This document shows positions 54,547-64,000 of a DNA stretch of 64,000 bases, piece by piece. Made by a program: the position numbers and the translations under genes. Within the stretch, counting starts at the first letter, position 1, and each line of letters starts with the position of its first letter. Origin of the DNA: Octopus sinensis (taxonomy: Eukaryota); contig NC_042998.1 of NCBI RefSeq assembly GCF_006345805.1, positions 48,918,001 through 48,982,000 of the forward strand, written 5' to 3'. Under the pieces are notes generated by a model. The model saw only the letters and a list, made by a program, of their open reading frames with translations. It made no database searches and had not been told where the DNA came from.

Positions 54547-55309
54547 GCATGTATATATATATATGCATGATTGTATGTATGTTTGTATGTATGTATGATA
54601 CACATACATAAATGTATATATACTTTCATATACCTATATGCATATATTGCAAAAAATTTTATCAAATAAGAGTTCCAAGATGCAAAAATATTGTCAATAA
54701 CAATAGTTATAACCACCAGTATCAGAATGATGACAGAGATTTGTCACCCAAAATATATTAAACTATTTTAATGTCAAATTTATTGTATGTCATCTTTATT
54801 GTTAATTTTTAAGTTAAAATTTACCACCTGGGTCAGCCTAGGCTTTTGTTTCTCCAAGTATATTAAGACATTTTTTAGTAACATACTGAGATCAATTTAA
54901 TAAACTATTGTGAGTTAAAGAATCTATTCTTTTTTTATTAATGTTGTTTAGATTTTTTTTTTATTTTCCTTTTATTGTATTTTATTTTTACAGTTTGCTT
55001 CTCTTTGGAGAGTAAAAAAATATGCCAAGTTTCTATTGAAATAATGCAGATACTAGTGTATGTGTGTGTGTATGTGTGTGTGTGAGTTTACGCATGCATA
55101 TAAATCTGTATGTCTGCATGAAAAAGAGAGTTACCAATCTTGTGCTCTTCTCTTTATATTATAGTTAGATATTTTTTTTAATCCATACAGCCTAGATTAG
55201 TCTATATATAAACAACTATCTTGTTTGAAAACCTTTCCATCAGATGTATGTTGACAATGACTCAGAAGTATCTGACTCTCAATTATCAATACTACTACAA
55301 CTAATAATA

Positions 55310-55347
<38 letters not shown>

Positions 55348-55954
55348 TAGTAATAATATTAATAATAATAATAATAATAATGCACTACCAGGTACTAGCT
55401 CTCATGGCTTCTGATCATAACTGATTGGAAGTGTTATCATGTATATGTCTTGTCCTGGTATAAAAGATGGGCTACGGCAAATATTCTGCTCAATACCACA
55501 GATTTGTTTGTCAGTTGTTTGACTTTAACCAGTTGAGCATGTCCCTTAGTGGCTGACAATATGTGCATCTCTGATCACTAGCAGAAGTAGTGGGGGAGCA
55601 TCATAGCCATATGTCGAGAGGAATTTTGTAGAGTATGAATAATTCACCTTTGTAACCATGGGTGTTTCATTTAACATCCTTAAACAACTCTAACTCAGGG
55701 ACCTTTTCAGTGGGATGGGCTGCTCAACTTGAAGAAAATTCTGACTGGACCCCCACCTACAAGGTCATGCGTTATTTATCTTGATATGAGATCACCATGT
55801 CACGCACATATAGTTGTGATGCATGTGCCTGGAGTAACTTTATCAGACAGGTAGTCGTATATTTGTACCCCAGTATCACTTTGATGGTATGCACTGCCCT
55901 CTCACTCAATAATAATCATAATAATAATAATAATAATAACAACGATAATAATAA

Positions 55955-56125
55955 AAGTGGCTGCAATAAGGGTGGACCACTTGCAGAAAACAGCACTGCT
56001 TTGAACTGCTCGAATACTCCAGATGGTGCTTGAAAAATAAGGGGTGTTACATTACCTTAGTCCACTGGTAGTTAACAGTTGGCACCATAGTACATCTCCA
56101 GTGTTAGAAGCTGTGCAAAGACAAT
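55955..56125 (+). mobile_element. R4/Dong-type LINE 3' end embedded in (TAA)n
   Basis: HLQKTALL*TARILQMVLEK* matches the LQKTALLGTARILRKVL C-terminus; TAA arrays on both sides. Confidence 0.65.
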
Positions 56126-56429
56126 AAATTAATAATAATAATAATAACAATAATAATAATAATAATAATAATAATGGTAGATTTTCTTTATTAGCCACAA
56201 GCTCTCAAAGAGATACAATAATATATGATGAATGCTAAACAGGGTAATCACTAAGTGCTGGATACAACAAATATGTTATACAAAGCCAAGGGTAAGGTTG
56301 GAAGAGGATATACACTTAAAGTAAAAGCTAACCCTTGTAAAACCTTCACTAAATAATAATACTAGTTGATACTTAATTAATTACTAAACCATACCTCGTG
56401 TATTTGTACATCAGGCAGCAGCTCTCCTC

Positions 56430-56825
56430 CAGCATTCTTGACTAGTTGCATACTCTTCAATATTTTCCCCTTTATCTATTGACAGCCTTCATTCTCCTGA
56501 ACATTTCAACATATCCCATGGTTTTCCCTATTACCTTTTTTTTCCTCCTACTGTCCATATCAATGTTATTTTTTTTTTTTTTTCCTTTTTTTTCATATCA
56601 GTAATCTGGCTGCCACAGAACATGATCAGCCTGTCTCACAGTCTTTATATTGTGTTACTGATTTGCATAGACGTCACAATGATATTCTTCGTAAGATTTC
56701 TTCATTTCTGATATGATCAGGATACAAAATTCTCAGGATTTTCCTCAAGCACCTTTAATTTTGGTGACTTCTACAGTTTTCTTCCATGTTTTACTTTCAC
56801 ATTGTCACTTATTGGTACAGAAGTA
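56430..56825 (-). mobile_element. RTE LINE 3' fragment
   Basis: Frameshifted (R)CLRKILRILYPDHIRNEEILRR...ADHVLWQP. Confidence 0.7.
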
Positions 56826-57540
56826 CCTAGGTATATTGTAATAGTACATATACTTTAACGATGATGAAAACAATGATGGTATTGCTACCGTTGCTGCTCA
56901 TGATGATGATGATGATAATAATGATAATTTTTGTTGCTATTATTATTATTTGGCAAGGACTGTGGATGGGCAGAACCATTAGAGTGTCAATACAAAGTTG
57001 GTCAATAAAGGGTTGGTTTTTTTTTATGGGAGTTATAGAACTGAAAAAAAAATGTAATATTTTAAAACAAAATTGATTAAATAGCAAAAGAGCAATCCAA
57101 TATATTCTTAAAACTCCAAGTAGATACCTGATATAAAGTTAGGAAGTAATGGAAAATAATATCAAAAAATTGATCTATAATTAACAACCATTGAGATATT
57201 GACAGTATCTCAATGGTAAAATTTTTGAGCAAAAACCAAATCAATAATGGAACAATATCGCAGAATATTGTCTGGTTATACTAATTTCTTTAAATTTTGG
57301 ATTTATATTTTAGTATGTGATCGTTTTCTCCATTCTTCTTTACAATTTAATCTTCAGAGACCCATGGACAATTGCCATCAATGTATCAAGACTTAACCTT
57401 CTAGCATTCAAATTACTCTGTCAAATGTAATGCTTATTTATTCATATTGTTTTGAATTAATCCTGCATTATCTCATAGCTTCAAGACCTTTTATTTTCGA
57501 AATAACATTGTAGAGTAGGTGTGTGAGACTGGATCTAGCT

Positions 57541-57831
57541 CAGTGATTCATATAAGATTTTTGGGGGTCCATGCAACAAAACAGTAAATTGGGATCTGCA
57601 ATAGCATTTTAAGGGCCTCTAAAAAAATTTTGCTTTAGATGTATGTATTGGTATGTATTGCAAGAAACAGCAAGGTTTCTTTCTCTAAAATTTTACATAG
57701 TCCAACCTTCACAAGTTAATATGTAAAAAACAAAATAGCAACTTGAAATAAGGATATCTATAGAGCTAGTTTTTAAACATTAAATGGCTATGGGGTCCAC
57801 CAGAATAAAATAATAATCAAAGGGGTCTATA
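57541..57831. mobile_element. hAT MITE fragment nested within the piggyBac-type MITE
   Basis: Reverse-orientation homology to 38095-38476; host element resumes at about 57832. Confidence 0.6.
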
Positions 57832-58387
57832 GGTTCCAACATAAAACAGGAAGAATATTTGAGCTGGATAAGGCTGGTTTAAATGCTAAAAGGCTACATC
57901 AAAACTTGAAATATCAAATATATTTGATTTTATACAAACAATGATAACACAGTTGGGTTGATTTTAAATTGATTTGTCTTTTTATTCAGTGCATTTGACT
58001 AGAGCCAGCCAAAGCAATATATTTTCTTCTCAACTTGCATCGCTGAAAAATTACAATAATATCAAGTAAATCTTTATCATCACCATCACCATTATCGTTA
58101 CCATCATCATCATCATGCTCAGTATCATCTTTAGCATTAGAATCATTGTCACATACTTCATTCCAGAGCAGCTCTCGCACAATATACAATAAATTTGCAT
58201 AAATGTAAATTTTTCTCATATAAATGTAATTCCTGCAAAAAATGGATTACTCTAAAGAGGTATATTTGCATATATTATAATTGATATACGTTGATGATTA
58301 CATACATATATATATAAATATATATATATATATACATACATATATATTACATACATATATATATGCATACATATATTATACACACAC

Positions 58388-58453
<66 letters not shown>

Positions 58454-58979
58454 TATATACACACACACACACATGGGTGTGAGTACAGTAAAACAAGGTA
58501 GAAAGGATGATTGTTCATATATGTGTATGTGTCTATAATGTGTCATATCTAATGGGTCCTCTCATAAATCTTCCTTAACTTGGTATAAAATATGCTAATT
58601 TACAAATTATCACTCTAGCCTTGTTACAACAAATAAATCTTAGTCTTTGCAGAACTTGTTACAATATTTAACAATATGATGTATAAGAAATTCCAATTGG
58701 TTAAATATTTATTATCATCATCATTATCATCATCATTATCATCATCATCTTAATCATCATCAAAATGGCAAGGTTGATAGCACACTGAACAAAATGCTGC
58801 TACGCATTTTGTCTGTCTTTACATTCTGAGTTCAAATTCCACCAATGTCAACCTTGCCTTTCATCTTTTAAGGTCAATAAGATAAAAAAAGAGTTGAACA
58901 CTGGGGTTGACGTCATTGATTTATCCCCTCCCCCCAAAATTGCTGGCCTCGTGACAAAAATTTAAAATCATCATCATCA

Positions 58980-59023
<44 letters not shown>

Positions 59024-61426
59024 AATATATGTATGGAAACTATCAAAGGAAACAAAAATTACCTCCATTAAAACTGTTACTCATTAAAATGCAAAAATGA
59101 ATAAGAATAATAATAAGAATAGATTTATTCTTAACCTTTTTGTTACCATATTTCTGTTGAAACACACTGCCTTTGTTTCATTTAATGTTGAAAATAATAA
59201 AGAATTTTTGTAACATAACATTGTCATAACCAATCTGATGTTTGGAACATAGTTTAACATGAAATTTTAATAGTTTTTTTGTGTTTTTTTTAAATCACTT
59301 AAAAACAAGAAGTTTATATTATAGAACCAAAAGCAGTCTCTGGTGAGTTGGTATGAGAAGAGTTAAAATTTTAGCTAATAAAAAATGGTCCTGGATATTT
59401 TGAAATAATGACTACTTTAGGGCAAAACACTGTTTAATTATTTATTTTTTTTAATTGTTGATGGTGGCAAGCTGGCCAAATAGTTAGTACACCAGTCAAA
59501 ATGCTTTGTGGCATTTCTTTTGGCTTTACATTCTGAGTTCAAATTCTGTTGAGGTTGACTTTGCCTTTCAGGATTGATAAAAATAAGTACCAGTCAAGTA
59601 CTGGGGCCAATGTAATCGACTAGCTCCCTGTCCCAAAATTTCAGGCCTTGTGTCTATAGTTGAAAAGAATATTTTTTAATGGTTGAAAAATTATAGCTAA
59701 AAAAAAAATATGAAAAATACATTACAAATACAAAAAGATAACAAACAACAAAGTGTTTTTACTAAATTACATTTTGTGTATTATACATACCCTTAATATT
59801 TCAATTTTTAAAAAAATGGCGGCAAGCTGGCAGAATCATCAGCATGCCAGGCCAAATGCTTTGCGGCATTTCGTCCATCTTTATGTTCTGAGATTCAAAT
59901 GCTGCCACGGTCGACTTTACCTTTCATCCTTTCAGGGTTGATAAAATAAGTACCAGTGAAACACTGGGGTCGATACAATCGACTAGCCCTCTCCCCTGAA
60001 CTTGCTGGCCTTGAGCCAAAATTTAAAATCAATATTTCAATTCAAAATGTATCTCTATATAATTTTCTCTTTATTTTTTAATAAATATTGCATGATATTT
60101 CTTTAAATATTGTTTCAATATTGTTTGGTTGGTTGACTGGCTGGTTTGCTGGTTGATTGGTTGGTTGGTTGGTTGGTTGGCTGGTTGGTTGGTTGGTTTT
60201 GATGTTAATTGATTTACATTTTGTAATGTTTATTCGCATGAACACAGAAAAGCAGTGTGATGTTATCAAGATAAACAGCATCTTGACAAACTGATGTTTT
60301 GACATTGGGGGGGGGGTATTTTTTTTTTTTTAATTTTGACAATAGGTGATAAACAGCATTTATTCTGCTTTACGTCCCTCTCTCCCTCCACCCACCCTCA
60401 CTCCTCCAAATTAAAAAAAGCAACAAAATTTTTAAAATATCTTGAGACATTCTCAAACATCTTCTCCAGAATCTCACTCACATCTCACCTCCAAACATTC
60501 TCAATTCCATTCAATGCAAGAAGTTTTATTTTTGCATCGCTGTTTTATAATAAGCGGCTGTCTTGTAGTCGTGCAAGGCATTGAAGATAGAAGCCTATGC
60601 CTGATATCTCTTGGAGTCAAACAAAAAAAAAAACAAAGTCTTCGTATTGCTGATAACTTAAAAATAAATAACATAAAATAAAATAAAATGTAAAGGAAAT
60701 GAAGAAATACTCTTTAATATATATATATATATATGTCTCTGTGTGTGCATATATATACATATATACATATGCATAAATAACTTATTGCTTGTTTGTAAAA
60801 GCAAAAGCAAGACAGGAATCATAAAATTTAAATTCTGTTATGTACATATTTTAGAATTTCACATTTATCCATGTTATTTGTCAAAAATAATGTATTATTT
60901 CTTACTTTCGATTTTCTTTTTAGAAATATTATCTGAAAAATCATGTCTCAATTCTAAAAAAAAAAAAAAAATTTCCCATCATTTATTTTATTCTTTCCCA
61001 ACCCAGAAGAAACATTCTGTATAATGGATACAGAGCATGTCATGCATTATCTATGCTATCCACTCCTCTCCACCACCACCACCATCAAATGAAGAAAAAA
61101 ATTAAATATATCTGTTGTTGACTATTTCATGTATCATGGTATGTAATTTTGAAAATGTTCTTAAACAATAATAATACAAAGAATAATAATAATGATAAAG
61201 CTAAAATTTATTATATGGTATACATACAATATAACAAAACTTCTTAAATGTACATACATAAACATACTTGCATATATGTATGTATGTGTGTCTGTGGATA
61301 TATATATACATATACATGTGTATATATATATATATATTATATATATATATATATGCATTCATGAATATATGTGTGTGTGTATATACATGTATATATGTGT
61401 GTGTGCATATATGTATGTATGTATAT

Positions 61427-61457
<31 letters not shown>

Positions 61458-61461
<4 letters not shown>

Positions 61462-61598
61462 TGCATACATACACACACGTGTATATATATACAGACACAC
61501 AAAAATATAAATGTGTATATGTCTGTAACAACAGTTTGGCAAGATGCTACTTGTATATATGTATATATATATATATATTTGTGTATGTATATGTGTGT

Positions 61599-61639
<41 letters not shown>

Positions 61640-61763
61640 GATATATACATGTATATATACATATATACAAGTAGCATCTTGCCAAACTGTTGTTACAGAC
61701 ATATACACATTTATATTTTTGTGTGTCTGTATATATATACACGTGTGTGTATGTATGCATGCA
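61458..61763. repeat. Inverted duplication, about 105-bp arms around a TA/CA spacer
   Basis: gtctgtaacaacagtttggcaagatgctacttgtata / tatacaagtagcatcttgccaaactgttgttacagac. Confidence 0.9.
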
Positions 61764-63239
61764 TATATATATACAAACACATATATATATATATGTATAC
61801 ACACATATACATATATATATTATATATATATATATATATATATTTGTGTATGTATATGTGTGTATACATATATATATATATGTGTTTGTGTGTGTGTGTG
61901 TGAATATACATGTGTGTGTGTTCATGTACAAACATATATATATATATTTATATATATATACATATACATATATATATTTGTACTTATATATAATGTACAT
62001 ATACAGATGGAAACCTGTCTGCAGTATTGCTTTATTGCTTACAAAAGTTCATCTATGTACATTGATATTCATACATAATTGCACTTAAGTCCAACAAAAT
62101 TCTATTAGTACATATGTCTGGAGTTAAATATACAACTGTTATTTACAACATGTTATAATAAACATAGCAATAAAAAGAGCCAGAACTAAAAATTTGAGTA
62201 TAATATTTTCATCAATAAAAAAAATATCTCATCAAGGCATTTGTGAAATGAAGTTAATTTTAGTTCCCTTTTACACAACTTTTAGCTAGCTCATTTCTTA
62301 CACACATGGCTATTTGAAGGATATACGTCCTACAAATAGCCATGAGGTGATAAATTTAGTGAGGTTCCCAGAAAGATTTCAAATAGTGAATATATCTTCA
62401 GTCAGGATTTGTAGATATGGAGTTGACCATAAATACGCAAACACATATAAATATATACACATATGCACTACACCTATGTGTGTGTGCATATATATATATA
62501 TATATAATATATATATATATATATAATGTATAATATATATATAGTGTGTTTTCTTCACAAAAAAGGTTAGTAACATCCTCGTAACAGATTTTGTAACATT
62601 TTTTTTAAAAATCACCTTTACTCTTCAAAAGCTATATTAAGTTTTCCTCATAGACTTTCAAATATATATATATATATAGTTATGGTATATTCTGTTAAGA
62701 ACATAGTAGAGTACAGTACAAAGCTAATCCACCTTCAGATTTCACCCTGTGCTACCCAGTAGTAGTATTATACATACTTCCAGGTTTGCATTTGGGCATC
62801 TGTTGTGTGTGAATATATAACTGAAAATATTGGAGTCAACAAGAAGGGGTACAGTTGAATGTTCAGCTTCAAGAACATCCCTTCTATCTGCTGTGGCTTG
62901 AATTTAGGCTATGACAGACAGAGGATTTTAAACTTATGGAGAGAATACTTACATGTTGCCTGAGGAAACACAACTAGATATCATATAGCAGGGAAACAGT
63001 TGCATAATCAAGCACCTGCACTCCTGGAGAACTACTTTGCATGGAAACAATTGTAGTGATTAAAAAAATAAATGTCCAACCATACCCCTTCTGTGGTGTT
63101 CATAAAATCTAATGAAATTTCATAAATGCTAATATAAATGTATTTGCATGCATACATACATACGTACAATTCTACACTGATATATGCTTAATATATATAT
63201 ATATATTATGCACAACCATCTACATACATATATATATTA

Positions 63240-63274
<35 letters not shown>

Positions 63275-64000
63275 TTATGTATATGTACATGTATCTATGT
63301 ATATGCATATGTATATATAATATATATGTACATATGTGTATATGTGTGTGTATATGTCTCCCTACTTTGTTATATACATATATATATATATATATATATA
63401 ATCAAAAGGGAAATAGAAAGGCGCTATATTTTATCAGGTATAAATTATATAAAATTAATTTACAAACATACATATGGTGGGATTTTTGACATAATATTGC
63501 GTGTTTATTGTTGAGGTAATGCAATTTTAATGAAATATCTAAATTCCCTTCAAATTTAATGTTGCAATTATATATAGTTATATATTATATATCATTGTCT
63601 CTCTCTCTTTCACACTCTGTTTCTCGTTCTCTCTGACACATCTCTACAAATACACACATTTTTCAAATTACTAGAATAAATAACTATTATGATTCCACAC
63701 CACACTCTGTATTAAAAACCACTAGAATACATTATTAATTAGAACAGCAATGTCATTCCTTCTTGCAATATATTGCTAATCACAGCAGCAGGGTCATTAT
63801 GTTTTACTATAGTTTACTTGTAACACAATACTACCTACAACTACCTAACTACCTGCTAACAAACATAGTACTATACTATGTGTTTCTGACAGTGTTGACA
63901 ATAATACGGGTCGTTGTTATCTGCAGTTTCAAGACACATTAAGCTTGAGCTCGGAAAAGTTAGTTAATATTTCTAGTCATGTTTCTATATAATCTAACCA

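Overview
AT-rich, microsatellite-saturated animal genomic DNA with one 100-N gap (33848-33947). The SINE and MITE repertoire looks like an octopus/coleoid cephalopod, which is an inference. One protein-coding gene is well supported: a + strand Ly6/uPAR three-finger, GPI-anchored quiver/sleepless-like gene with coding exons at 38750-38896 and 52022-52245. Its signal-peptide exon was not located. Nearly all other ORFs in the track are microsatellite artefacts. The rest is SINEs (four recurrent families), RTE and R4/Dong LINE 3' fragments, mariner/maT/hAT/piggyBac-type MITEs, a broken Penelope-like (PLE) RT, a tRNA-Arg pseudogene and a tRNA-Asp 3' half. The standout is inside the 13 kb Ly6 intron: five ORF-less palindromes of 290-560 bp that look unrelated to each other by eye, most with (TA)n on at least one side. 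Each carries a type I hammerhead-ribozyme (HHR) motif on both arms, pointing outward from the centre. One has the compensatory U3-A8 core. Next to them is a direct-repeat HHR unit with 573-nt spacing, and a decayed sixth palindrome and a solo HHR lie upstream. HHR folds were assigned by eye; activity is untested. Repeat boundaries are approximate.
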